From contig DWWM01000042.1 in assembly GCA_019119715.1 (NCBI GenBank), forward strand, positions 75,629-139,628: 64,000 nt of DNA, read 5' to 3'. The notes beneath the pieces are model-generated. The model was not told where the DNA came from. It was given only the letters and a program-made list of their open reading frames with translations, and did no database searches. The stretch is from Candidatus Merdibacter merdavium. GTDB taxonomy: Bacteria > Bacillota_I > Bacilli_A > Erysipelotrichales > Erysipelotrichaceae. Shown here piece after piece: positions 19,471 through 29,417 of the stretch; within the stretch, counting starts at the first letter, position 1, and each line of letters starts with the position of its first letter. A program made the position numbers and the translations under genes.

Positions 19471-21201
19471 ATGATTGACATCAAGGAAAATGAGCAGCTC
19501 AGCAAGCTGAATCATTCCTGCGCGCACATGATGGCGCAGGCGGTGAAGCGTCTGTATCCGCAGGCCAAGTTTTGGGTCGGACCAGTCGTTTCCGAAGGGT
19601 TTTACTATGACATGGATCTGGGAGACAAGAAGATCACGGATGAAGATCTGACGCTGATCGAGAAAGAGATGAAGAAGATCGCCAAGGATGGCAAGCGCAT
19701 CGTGCGTGAGGAAATCTCCAAGGCAGATGCGCTGGAGATGTTCAAAGACGATGAATACAAGCTGGATCTGATCAGCCATCTGGAAGACGGGAACATCACC
19801 ATCTATCGTCAGGGCGAATTTGTGGATCTTTGCCGCGGACCGCATGTCGATACGGTGAAGCAGTGCCGCAATTTCAAGCTGCTCAAGCATTCCGGCGCCT
19901 ACTGGAAGGGCGATGCGAACAACAAGATGCTGCAGCGCATCTACGGCGTATGCTTTGAGACCAAGGAGGAGCTGGAAGAGCATCTGCAGCTTCTGGAAGA
20001 GGCCAAGAAGCGCGACCATAAGAAGCTGGGCCGTGAGCTGGGCTTGTTCATGATGAGCGAGTATGCGGCCGGCATGCCGATCTTTTTGCCGAATGGCATG
20101 ATCCTGCGCAATGTGCTCGAGCAATTCTGGTATGAAGAGCATACGAAGGAAGGCTATCAGTTCATCAAGACGCCGATCATGATGAGCAAGGAGCTGTGGG
20201 AGACCAGCGGCCACTGGGATCACTATAAGGACAATATGTATACGACGATGGTCGATGATCGTGAATTCGCCATCAAGCCGATGAACTGCCCGGGCGCAAT
20301 GCTTGTCTATAACAGCACGCTGCATTCCTATAAGGATCTGCCGCTGCGCATGGGCGAGCTTGGCCAGGTGCATCGCCATGAAGCCAGCGGTGCCTTGAAC
20401 GGTCTGTTCCGCGTACGTACGTTTACTCAGGATGACGCGCATCTATTCATGCGGCCGGATCAGGTAGAGGAGGAAGTGAAGCGGCTGATCGCGTTCATCG
20501 ACCGGATGTACTCCATCTTCGGCCTCACATACGATATTGAGCTGTCTACCCGCCCGGAAGATTACATGGGAGAGATCGCCACCTGGGATGCCTGTGAGAA
20601 AGCGCTGGGCGATGCCTGCGTCGCGGCCGGCAAGACTTTCCGCATCAATGAGGGCGATGGCGCGTTCTATGGGCCGAAACTGGATTTCCATATCCGCGAC
20701 AGCCTGGGCCGTGTATGGCAGTGCGGCACGATCCAGATGGACATGAACCTGCCAGAGCGATTCGACTGCACTTATGTGGACAGCGAAGGCAAAAAGGTCC
20801 GACCGGTCATGCTGCACAGGGTCATCTATGGCTCCATCGAGCGTTTCATCGGCATTCTGATCGAGCATTACGGCGGTCATTTTCCGATGTGGCTGGCTCC
20901 GAAGCAGATCGAGATCATCCCGGTGCTGGCTGAAAAGCATGGCGGATATGCGCAAGAGGTATGCGCAGCGCTGAAAGCCAGAGGTATCCGCTGCAGCGTC
21001 GATGCGCGCAACGAGAAGCTTGGATATCGTGTACGTGAAGCACAGATTGCCAAGATACCGGTTCAGATCGTCGTCGGAGAAGGCGAGTGTGCAGACCGTA
21101 CGGTTACGATCCGCCGCAGCGGCCAGAAGCAGAGCGTGACGCTCCCGCTGCAGGAAGCAATCGATGCCTTCGTGAAGGAAATTGAGGAGAAAAAGGCATG
21201 A
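19471..21201 (+). CDS. thrS: threonine--tRNA ligase, short form without the N-terminal TGS domain
   Basis: Begins 14 aa before the editing-domain motif HSCAHMMAQA. Class II core (FRVRTFTQDDAHLF, GTIQMDMNLPERF) and anticodon-binding domain are present. Start placed at ATG 19471, 8 nt after GGAGG. Confidence 0.93.
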   Translation: MIDIKENEQLSKLNHSCAHMMAQAVKRLYPQAKFWVGPVVSEGFYYDMDLGDKKITDEDLTLIEKEMKKIAKDGKRIVREEISKADALEMFKDDEYKLDLISHLEDGNITIYRQGEFVDLCRGPHVDTVKQCRNFKLLKHSGAYWKGDANNKMLQRIYGVCFETKEELEEHLQLLEEAKKRDHKKLGRELGLFMMSEYAAGMPIFLPNGMILRNVLEQFWYEEHTKEGYQFIKTPIMMSKELWETSGHWDHYKDNMYTTMVDDREFAIKPMNCPGAMLVYNSTLHSYKDLPLRMGELGQVHRHEASGALNGLFRVRTFTQDDAHLFMRPDQVEEEVKRLIAFIDRMYSIFGLTYDIELSTRPEDYMGEIATWDACEKALGDACVAAGKTFRINEGDGAFYGPKLDFHIRDSLGRVWQCGTIQMDMNLPERFDCTYVDSEGKKVRPVMLHRVIYGSIERFIGILIEHYGGHFPMWLAPKQIEIIPVLAEKHGGYAQEVCAALKARGIRCSVDARNEKLGYRVREAQIAKIPVQIVVGEGECADRTVTIRRSGQKQSVTLPLQEAIDAFVKEIEEKKA

Positions 21202-22127
21202 GGAAGTTATGGAAGACGGCCTGTGCCGCTTTGCTTGCGCTGAGCATGGCAGGCTGCGGCGCCGGACAGAATGAGGAAGTGAACATCCTTGCGCCGACCG
21301 GCGCGCCTGCGTTGGGCATCCTGGGCGCTTTTGGCAATGAGAATGTCGCAAATGTGGAGACAGTGAGCGGCAGCGATGTGCTGCAGAGCGAGCTGGCCAA
21401 GGCAGACAGCGAATATGATATCATCGTGGCGCCCAGCAACCTGGGCATGAGCCTTGCGGCCAAAGGCGCGGATGATTATGAGCTGGCCGCCGTCATCACA
21501 TGGGGCAATCTGTACCTTGTCGCGGAAGATGATGATGCGCTGAACAAGGAAGGTGAGCTTGCGGCCTTTGGCGAAGCTGCGGTCCCGCAGCTCGTGCTGC
21601 AAAATGCTATCGATCTGGACAGCATCACACCGGCCGTGACGTATTATAATGCGGTCAGTGACGCGCAGGCGCAGCTGCTCAGCGGCAAAGCGAGCGTGGC
21701 GCTGCTGGCGGAGCCGGCCGTGACCGCGACCATTGCCAAAGGCAGAGAAAGCGGCAAGGAACTCAAGGTCATCGCGGACTTACAGCAGCTCTACGCGGAA
21801 AAGAATGGCACGCAGGCAGACGCTGGTTATCCGCAGGCTTCCATCTTCGTGAAAAAAGGGGAAAGCGCACAGCTGAGCAGCGTGCTGGATGCCATCGAAA
21901 CTTTTGCGAATGAGACGAGCGGCGATGAAGCGGCGCTGCGTGCACAGATCGAAACAGCTGGCGTGGATGTGCTCGGTGTGCCCAGCGCGGATGTCGCGGT
22001 CAATTCTTGGGATAGGCAGAACATCCGTTATGTCAGCGCACAGGATGCGCGCAGCGACCTGGCGCAGTTTGCGGAGATCTTCGGCATCGAGGTCGATCTC
22101 GATGCCCTGTTGATGGAGGCACAGTGA
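21198..22127 (+). CDS. lipoprotein with periplasmic substrate-binding-protein-like sequence (orphan)
   Basis: Lipobox LALSMAGC, with an alpha/beta alternation and a GYPQASIFVKK block reminiscent of type-2 binding proteins. The ATGA overlaps the thrS stop. No permease or ATPase gene is nearby. Confidence 0.45.
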   Translation: MRKLWKTACAALLALSMAGCGAGQNEEVNILAPTGAPALGILGAFGNENVANVETVSGSDVLQSELAKADSEYDIIVAPSNLGMSLAAKGADDYELAAVITWGNLYLVAEDDDALNKEGELAAFGEAAVPQLVLQNAIDLDSITPAVTYYNAVSDAQAQLLSGKASVALLAEPAVTATIAKGRESGKELKVIADLQQLYAEKNGTQADAGYPQASIFVKKGESAQLSSVLDAIETFANETSGDEAALRAQIETAGVDVLGVPSADVAVNSWDRQNIRYVSAQDARSDLAQFAEIFGIEVDLDALLMEAQ

Positions 22128-22128
22128 G

Positions 22129-22509
22129 ATGAGAGTGGCAGTACCGTTTGAAAATGGCAGGATCTTCCAGCATTTCGGGAAGACCGCCGCGTTCCTCATC
22201 GCCGATATCGAAGATCATGAAGCAAAGCATGAGCAGCTGCGCTCGACCAATGGCAGCGGACATGGCGCGCTGAGCGCATTGCTTAGCGAATGGGGCGTGG
22301 ATACCGTGATCTGCGGCGGCATCGGACAGGGTGCCGTGAACGCGCTGAGCGAAAGAGGGATCAAGGTGGTCCGCGGTGTCGATATGGACGCGCGCATGGC
22401 GCTTTCTGCGTTTGCTAAAGGAGCCCTGCAGGATGACCCTGATGCTTCATGCCATCATCATGAGCATGAGGGCGCACATGACTGTGGTTCCCATTCCTGC
22501 ACAAAATGA
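22129..22509 (+). CDS. NifB/NifX/NafY-type (dinitrogenase FeMo-cofactor-binding fold) small protein
   Basis: MRVAVPFENGRIFQHFGKTAAFLIADIED ... VDTVICGGIGQGAVNAL is the characteristic pattern. It has a His/Cys-rich tail, CHHHEHEGAHDCGSHSC. Confidence 0.7.
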   Translation: MRVAVPFENGRIFQHFGKTAAFLIADIEDHEAKHEQLRSTNGSGHGALSALLSEWGVDTVICGGIGQGAVNALSERGIKVVRGVDMDARMALSAFAKGALQDDPDASCHHHEHEGAHDCGSHSCTK

Positions 22510-22516
22510 GTAAAAC

Positions 22517-22548
22517 AGACAGGCGTTTGCTGGCCTGTCTTTGTTTTT
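22517..22548 (+). terminator. rho-independent terminator
   Basis: AGACAGG ... CCTGTCT stem followed by TTGTTTTT. Confidence 0.7.
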
Positions 22549-22567
22549 GAAAAAACTGCAAAAAAGA

Positions 22568-22594
22568 TTAGCAGAGGGGTTGCCAAAGTGCTAA
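22568..22594 (+). promoter_or_regulatory. CIRCE (HrcA operator), copy 1
   Basis: TTAGCAGAG-N9-AAGTGCTAA compared with the consensus TTAGCACTC-N9-GAGTGCTAA. It overlaps the -35 and spacer of the groES promoter. Confidence 0.7.
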
Positions 22595-22607
22595 AAATGA
22601 GTATAAT
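22580..22607 (+). promoter_or_regulatory. sigma-A type promoter of groES-groEL
   Basis: TTGCCA-16-TATAAT. Confidence 0.6.
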
Positions 22608-22615
22608 AATCAGTG

Positions 22616-22642
22616 TTAGCAGTTAGGTGCTAAGAGTGCTAA
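22616..22642 (+). promoter_or_regulatory. CIRCE (HrcA operator), copy 2
   Basis: TTAGCAGTT-N9-GAGTGCTAA. The right arm matches the consensus perfectly. It lies in the 5' UTR. Confidence 0.75.
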
Positions 22643-22662
22643 TTCTTGAAGGAGGAATTGAA

Positions 22663-24554
<1,892 letters not shown>

Positions 24555-24561
24555 TCACAAT

Positions 24562-24585
24562 GACCCGGGACAACCGGGTCTTTTT
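24562..24585 (+). terminator. rho-independent terminator after groEL
   Basis: GACCCGG-GACAA-CCGGGTC followed by TTTTT. Confidence 0.7.
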
Positions 24586-24617
24586 ATGTTATCCTTTTCA
24601 TGAAAGGAAGGATGACG

Positions 24618-25439
24618 ATGAACAAGATCTACATTTCGGCTGATATCGAAGGAATATGGGGCAATGTCAACAGCGCATATACGATGCCGGGCGTACCGGA
24701 ATATGAGCAGTATCGCCGCCGTATGATCGATGAAGTCAATATCGTCGCGCAGACATTATTCAAATATGGCATTCAGGAGATCCTCGTCAATGACGGGCAT
24801 GGCAATATGGACAATCTGCTTCCGGAGGATCTGGATCCGCGGGTGCGGCTCGTCTGCAGCCAGGGCGCGTTTAAGGAGAACGGCATGATGGAGGGGATCA
24901 GCGCTGATTTCGACGGAGCCTGCTTCATCGGCTATCATTGCCGCAGCAATACGCCCGGCATCATGGCGCATACGATGTGGGGCACCATGATCCGCAGTGT
25001 CTCACTGAATGGGGAGGAAATCGGAGAGAGCGGGCTCAATGCGCATCTGGCATGGCATCATGGCGTGCCGGTCATTCTGGTCAGCGGAGATTCGCTGCTC
25101 AAAGAGCAGCTTGATGATGAACTGCATGGCCAATTCCGTTATGTGCAGACCAAAGAAGTCATCAATTCTGCAGCGGCCATCAACTGTTCGCATGATGAGC
25201 TTGTGCGTCAATATGAGCGAGAGATCAGACAGGCGCTCGATGCACACCATGAGATCTATCCCGAAGATGGCTATGTCATGGACATCACGTTCCATAAAGA
25301 GAAAAATGCGGATTTCGTCGCCCGGATGCCTGAGATACAGCGGATCGCGCCGTGCACTGTCCGCATCGAGGGAAGCGATTATGCCAAGGTCTACAGGCTG
25401 ATGCGCTTCATCATCAAGGTATGTAATGCGTTTGTCTGA
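24618..25439 (+). CDS. M55-family D-aminopeptidase (DppA-like)
   Basis: MNKIYISADIEGIWG ... VNDGHGNM ... FIGYH pattern of peptidase M55. Confidence 0.75.
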   Translation: MNKIYISADIEGIWGNVNSAYTMPGVPEYEQYRRRMIDEVNIVAQTLFKYGIQEILVNDGHGNMDNLLPEDLDPRVRLVCSQGAFKENGMMEGISADFDGACFIGYHCRSNTPGIMAHTMWGTMIRSVSLNGEEIGESGLNAHLAWHHGVPVILVSGDSLLKEQLDDELHGQFRYVQTKEVINSAAAINCSHDELVRQYEREIRQALDAHHEIYPEDGYVMDITFHKEKNADFVARMPEIQRIAPCTVRIEGSDYAKVYRLMRFIIKVCNAFV

Positions 25440-25452
25440 ATAGCGCAAATGA

Positions 25453-25476
25453 AAAGACCGCTGCTGCGGTCTTTTA
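25453..25476. terminator. bidirectional terminator between convergent genes
   Basis: AAAGACCGC-TGCT-GCGGTCTTT, flanked by an A-run and a T-run. Confidence 0.6.
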
Positions 25477-25482
25477 TCGGTC

Positions 25483-26028
25483 TTATTTGAAGTAACGGTC
25501 GAGCAGGCCTTTAAATGCTCTGCCATGGCGTGCTTCATCACGTGCCATTTCGTGCACAGTGTCATGGATGGCATCCAGGTTTGCTTCCTTGGCGCGCTTA
25601 GCCAGGTCTACCTTGCCTGCGGTCGCGCCGTTTTCTGCTTCTACGCGCATTTCCAGGTTCTTCTTGGTGGACGGCGTAACGACTTCGCCCAGCAGTTCAG
25701 CGAACTTGGCAGCGTGTTCTGCTTCTTCCCATGCGGCTTTCTCATAGTACAGGCCGATCTCCGGGTATCCTTCACGGTGCGCGACACGTGCCATTGCCAG
25801 GTACATGCCGACTTCGGAGCATTCGCCTTCGAAATTGGCGCGCAGATCTTTGATGATGTCTTCGCTTACGCCCTTGGCTACGCCGACTTCATGCTCGGCA
25901 GCCCAGGTCATCTCGCCTTCTTCCATCTTCTTGAACTTGTCAGCGCCAACACCGCAGACCGGGCACTTTTCCGGGGCAGCATCACCTTCGTATACGTAAC
26001 CGCATACAGTACATACAAATTTAGCCAT
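25483..26028 (-). CDS. reverse rubrerythrin (N-terminal rubredoxin-like domain, C-terminal diiron ferritin-like domain)
   Basis: CTVCGY...CPVCG in the first 30 aa, then four-helix-bundle motifs [15 protein letters not shown] and DEARH. Confidence 0.9.
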   Translation of the reverse strand: MAKFVCTVCGYVYEGDAAPEKCPVCGVGADKFKKMEEGEMTWAAEHEVGVAKGVSEDIIKDLRANFEGECSEVGMYLAMARVAHREGYPEIGLYYEKAAWEEAEHAAKFAELLGEVVTPSTKKNLEMRVEAENGATAGKVDLAKRAKEANLDAIHDTVHEMARDEARHGRAFKGLLDRYFK

Positions 26029-26189
26029 GTTGAATATCCTCCTTTTTCCTCAACACTCTTACTATACTTGAAGTGGGTAAAAAATTCCAGCGCTTTGACC
26101 AGAAAAAGAAAGTGAAACATGAATGAATTGCCTTTCTGGCGATGACATCCTCATGCGGTTCTGCTAAAATGAGGGCGGCAGGTGATAAG

Positions 26190-26780
26190 ATGAAAGAGAT
26201 CATGATCGCAACGAGCAATGCGCACAAGGTAGAAGAGTTTCGTGAGATGCTGGAACCACTGGGATTTCAAGTGCGCAGCTTGCTCGATCTGAACGAGCAG
26301 ATAGAAATTGAAGAAACTGGAACGACGTTTGCGGAAAACGCGATGATCAAAGCAGAGACCGTGCATGCGCGTCTTGGCATTCCGGTCATCTCGGACGATT
26401 CAGGACTGGAAGTGGATGCGATGGATAAGGCGCCGGGCGTGTATTCTGCGCGTTTTCTGGGCTATGATACGGCTTATGAGGTGAAAAACCAGTTTATCAT
26501 GGATCAGGTGAAAGGAAAGACGCGAAGCGCCCGTTATGTATGCGCCATCGCCTATGTCGAGAAAGATGGCACAGCGCATGTGTTTACCGGTGTGGTCGAA
26601 GGTGAGATCGCAGATCATGCGCGCGGAGATAAAGGCTTTGGCTATGATCCGATCTTTTATTATCCGCCTTATACGGCCACGCTGGCCGAAGTGAGCGAGG
26701 AGCAGAAGAACGCGATATCACACCGCGGCCGCGCGCTGGCGCAGCTGATCGCGTATATGAAAGAGGCTGAACAAAAATGA
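26190..26780 (+). CDS. rdgB: dITP/XTP pyrophosphatase (RdgB/HAM1 family)
   Basis: MKEIMIATSNAHKVEEF ... DDSGLEVDA ... GFGYDPIF ... ISHRGRA. ATG 26190 follows GGCAGGTGA. Confidence 0.9.
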   Translation: MKEIMIATSNAHKVEEFREMLEPLGFQVRSLLDLNEQIEIEETGTTFAENAMIKAETVHARLGIPVISDDSGLEVDAMDKAPGVYSARFLGYDTAYEVKNQFIMDQVKGKTRSARYVCAIAYVEKDGTAHVFTGVVEGEIADHARGDKGFGYDPIFYYPPYTATLAEVSEEQKNAISHRGRALAQLIAYMKEAEQK

Positions 26781-27289
26781 TCCATGTGGTCCTTTATGAG
26801 CCAGAGATCCCGCAGAACACTGGCAATATCATGCGCACTTGCATGGCATTCGGATGCCGTCTGCATCTGATCGAGCCGCTGGGCTTTTATCTGGATGAAA
26901 GTCATCTGCGGCGGGCCGGCATGGATTATGTAAAAGCGCTGGAATATGATCTGTACAGCGATTGGGAAAGCTTCATGGCCGTGCATGGAGACGGGACGTT
27001 TTTCTTTTTCACGCGCTATGGCCATCAGACTCCGGACGCGTTTGATTATGCGGCCTGCGCGCAGGATGTCTATCTGGTCTTCGGAAAAGAGAGCACCGGC
27101 ATCCCATTGCCGCTGCTTCGCGCCCACGCGCCGCATTGTGTCCGGCTGCCGATGAAAGCCTCTGCCCGCAGCCTGAACCTCAGCAACACCGTGGCCATTG
27201 CCGTTTATGAAGTGCTGCGGCAGCTAGGATACCCTGACCTGTCGCAAGAAGAAGTGATCAAAGGAAAGGACTGGCTGGATCGTGGCTGA
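26777..27289 (+). CDS. trmL: tRNA (cytidine/uridine-2'-O)-methyltransferase TrmL (SPOUT)
   Basis: LYEPEIPQNTGNIMRTC ... FGKESTGIP ... SLNLSNTVAIAVYE. The ATGA overlaps the rdgB stop. Confidence 0.85.
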   Translation: MIHVVLYEPEIPQNTGNIMRTCMAFGCRLHLIEPLGFYLDESHLRRAGMDYVKALEYDLYSDWESFMAVHGDGTFFFFTRYGHQTPDAFDYAACAQDVYLVFGKESTGIPLPLLRAHAPHCVRLPMKASARSLNLSNTVAIAVYEVLRQLGYPDLSQEEVIKGKDWLDRG

Positions 27290-27878
27290 TTATCTTGATA
27301 GTTTCGTGGATACGCGGGAAAAGCGCCGTCTGCTGATCCGTCTGCTGTGCTGGCTATGCTGGCTGGCAATATGCGGCGTGGCGCTGTACACGGCATATCG
27401 GCTGATCAGGGTCAGCGATTATGCCGGACTGTTCGGTTTGCTCGATGCACCGGATATGGAATGGTTCGTCATTTCCCGGATGGTGCTGCAGGCGATGTCG
27501 ATCGCGCAAGGGTCCTGGTGGGATTATCTGAGCGCGGCGCTTTCGGTCGTCAGCCTTCCGGAATGGATCTTACTTTTTGTCAGCTTGTTCCTTGCCTGTG
27601 GCAGCCGGCGTATCTGGAAGCATGTGGCGCTGGTATTCGTGCAATTCCTCTACTTCCTGGCGGTCGGCATTTTGTTTCTGCTGGCATTGCGCGCGAGATC
27701 GCTGCAGGAAGTCATCGGTGTGCTGCGCATGATCGGCATGCTCAGTTTCGGCGTGTATGGCGTCGTTGCCCTGGTCTTGCTCATTCAGCTGGCCGGTACG
27801 CTGTGCCGGTATCGCCGGGCGCTGCTCGTTCATCCTGTGGAAATCAGCGTCGAGGAAGGCGCGGAAGGACAGGAGTAA
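27282..27878 (+). CDS. hypothetical membrane protein
   Basis: The GTG start overlaps the trmL stop. Five to six hydrophobic helices. I recognise no motif. Confidence 0.45.
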   Translation: MADYLDSFVDTREKRRLLIRLLCWLCWLAICGVALYTAYRLIRVSDYAGLFGLLDAPDMEWFVISRMVLQAMSIAQGSWWDYLSAALSVVSLPEWILLFVSLFLACGSRRIWKHVALVFVQFLYFLAVGILFLLALRARSLQEVIGVLRMIGMLSFGVYGVVALVLLIQLAGTLCRYRRALLVHPVEISVEEGAEGQE

Positions 27879-28069
27879 GCTTGCCTGATTCCATTTCCTT
27901 CAATAGCTTTTGATAGCGAAGATAGGCGGAACTGTCCGCTTTTCTTTTTGGCATGTCATTACCACCTCATGTTCAATGTGTGCGCAAAATACGAAAAGAT
28001 ACAGGAGAAATGGGTTGAAAAAAATGGATCTGGGCACAGTGAAAACAGGGGGATAACAATTTCAGACAG

Positions 28070-28089
28070 AAATCACACCAAATCACACA
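28070..28089. repeat. tandem 10-nt direct repeat in an AT-rich upstream region
   Basis: AAATCACACC AAATCACACA (TGTGTGATTT GGTGTGATTT on the other strand), about 135 nt upstream of the NlpC/P60 gene. Confidence 0.5.
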
Positions 28090-28223
28090 GTCTTTGCAAA
28101 ATCCCCCAAAATAAAGGGTTTTCGAAAATCGGAAATTCTCATTTTTTACCGCTTTAAAACTTACAAATTTGCAAGATTTCAAAGGCTGTGCTAAAGTAAT
28201 GGCGATGATAACGAGGTGATTCG

Positions 28224-29372
28224 ATGAATTTTTTAGAAAGGCACGGCAAGAAGATCGCGCTCGCGCTTTGCTTCGCGACGTGCGTTCCTGTCATTTCCAC
28301 CGTTTATGCGTATGAAGCACAGCCGGGATGGCATGGCGAAGGCGCAGACCGTTATTATGTCCTGGAATCCACCAGGGAACAGGCAGTCGGATGGCTGCAT
28401 CTGAATGATGGAACCTATTACTTTGATGACAACGGTGCAATGGTGTTCGGCTGGCAGGAGATCGACAGCTTCCGCTACTATTTCGGCACAGACGGCCGTA
28501 TGGTCAGCGGCGAACAGACGATCGACGACGTATCATACAATTTTCAGGAAGATGGAAAGCTGCTTACCGGCTGGACAGGAGATTTCCTGTATGATGAGCA
28601 TGGCTTTGCCGTCACTGAGCAATACATAGAGATCAAAGATGGCAAGTATGTCTATGTCGATGAAAACGGCCAGCGTGTCAATGGCTGGCAGACCATCAAC
28701 GGCAAGAAGCATTATTTTGATCAGAAAGGGATCATGCTCACCGGCACCATCGAAGTGGATGGAAAGCGTTATGAGCTGGATGAGTATGGTGTCCTGTATA
28801 CCGGCTGGACGTATGATGCCGATGACAACGCATATTACCACGATCAGTATGGAAAGCTGCTGAAAGATACCGAGAAAGAGATCGAAGGCATCATGTATGT
28901 GTTTGACGAGGATGGCATTGCCAAAGAAAAAGCTGTCGTGGAGGCAGAGAAGAAGGCCGAGGAAGAAAAGAAGAAGCAGGAGGAAGAGGAGCAGCGCCGC
29001 AAAGCAGCAGTTGCGGCAGCCGCTGAAGCTTCATCCGGCGCCAAATATGACGTGAATGGCAACGGCATCGCGGAAGCCGCGCTGGCGCAGGTCGGCACGG
29101 CGCAGGACTGCACGATGCTTGTCACCAACGCGCTGGCAGCCAATGGCATCTATTACCATGGCTGGCCTTCAGGCTATATGTCCCTGGGCACGGTGACTGA
29201 TGATCCGCAGCCCGGCGATCTGATCTACTATGCCGACGGCGGCATGGGGATGGCGCACATCGCGGTCTACATCGGCAATGGCCAGGCCGTGCATGGCGGC
29301 TACAACGGCAATGAGACCGTGGTCGCCAGCGCTTATCTGGGCTCCGGTCCGGTATTCATCCATCTGTCATGA
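28224..29372 (+). CDS. secreted cell-wall hydrolase: cell-wall-binding repeats, Lys/Glu-rich linker and NlpC/P60 domain
   Basis: Signal peptide. About 8 GW/YYF-type repeats (GWLHLNDGTYYFDDNGAMVFGW, GWQTINGKKHYFDQKG...). Linker EAEKKAEEEKKKQEEEEQRRK. C-terminal NlpC/P60 Cys-His-His pattern (QDCTMLV ... HIAVYIGNGQAVHGG). Confidence 0.8.
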   Translation: MNFLERHGKKIALALCFATCVPVISTVYAYEAQPGWHGEGADRYYVLESTREQAVGWLHLNDGTYYFDDNGAMVFGWQEIDSFRYYFGTDGRMVSGEQTIDDVSYNFQEDGKLLTGWTGDFLYDEHGFAVTEQYIEIKDGKYVYVDENGQRVNGWQTINGKKHYFDQKGIMLTGTIEVDGKRYELDEYGVLYTGWTYDADDNAYYHDQYGKLLKDTEKEIEGIMYVFDEDGIAKEKAVVEAEKKAEEEKKKQEEEEQRRKAAVAAAAEASSGAKYDVNGNGIAEAALAQVGTAQDCTMLVTNALAANGIYYHGWPSGYMSLGTVTDDPQPGDLIYYADGGMGMAHIAVYIGNGQAVHGGYNGNETVVASAYLGSGPVFIHLS

Positions 29373-29376
29373 AATC

Positions 29377-29404
29377 AGCCTGTGCGCGCGCACGGGCTTT
29401 TTTA
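29377..29404 (+). terminator. rho-independent terminator
   Basis: AGCCTGTGCG-CG-CGCACGGGCT followed by TTTTTT. Confidence 0.7.
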
Positions 29405-29417
29405 AGGAGGGAGCGTC

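Noticed and set aside
19453-21351. Two consecutive minus-strand ORFs (329 aa and 302 aa) covering thrS.
   Set aside because: They are antisense shadow frames of thrS. The same applies to these other long antisense ORFs: 1468..2415, 3470..4387, 5141..6064, 6963..7949, 8906..9814, 10893..11960, 15849..16820, 17331..18323, 23643..24365, 35246..36268, 37004..37768, 39394..40158, 52297..53262, 53373..54239 and 62773..63678.
27347-27913. A 188-aa alternative-frame ORF overlapping the membrane-protein gene.
   Set aside because: It is an Arg/Gly/Ala-rich out-of-frame translation with no SD. The co-located frame, which encodes hydrophobic helices coupled to trmL, is more plausible.
28030-28130. A possible c-di-AMP (ydaO-type) riboswitch ahead of the wall hydrolase gene, prompted by a GGGGGA ... 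TCCCCC pairing.
   Set aside because: The conserved ydaO blocks I remember (GGGGACCCA, CCCGAAUCC, AGCUAACCUCGUAAGCG) are absent. Only a covariance-model scan could settle this.
27948-28182. Two overlapping 69-aa ORFs, one on each strand, in the gap upstream of the NlpC/P60 gene.
   Set aside because: They have a TTG or weak start, no SD, and a low-complexity, Lys/Asn/His-rich translation in an AT-rich region. These are most likely chance frames.
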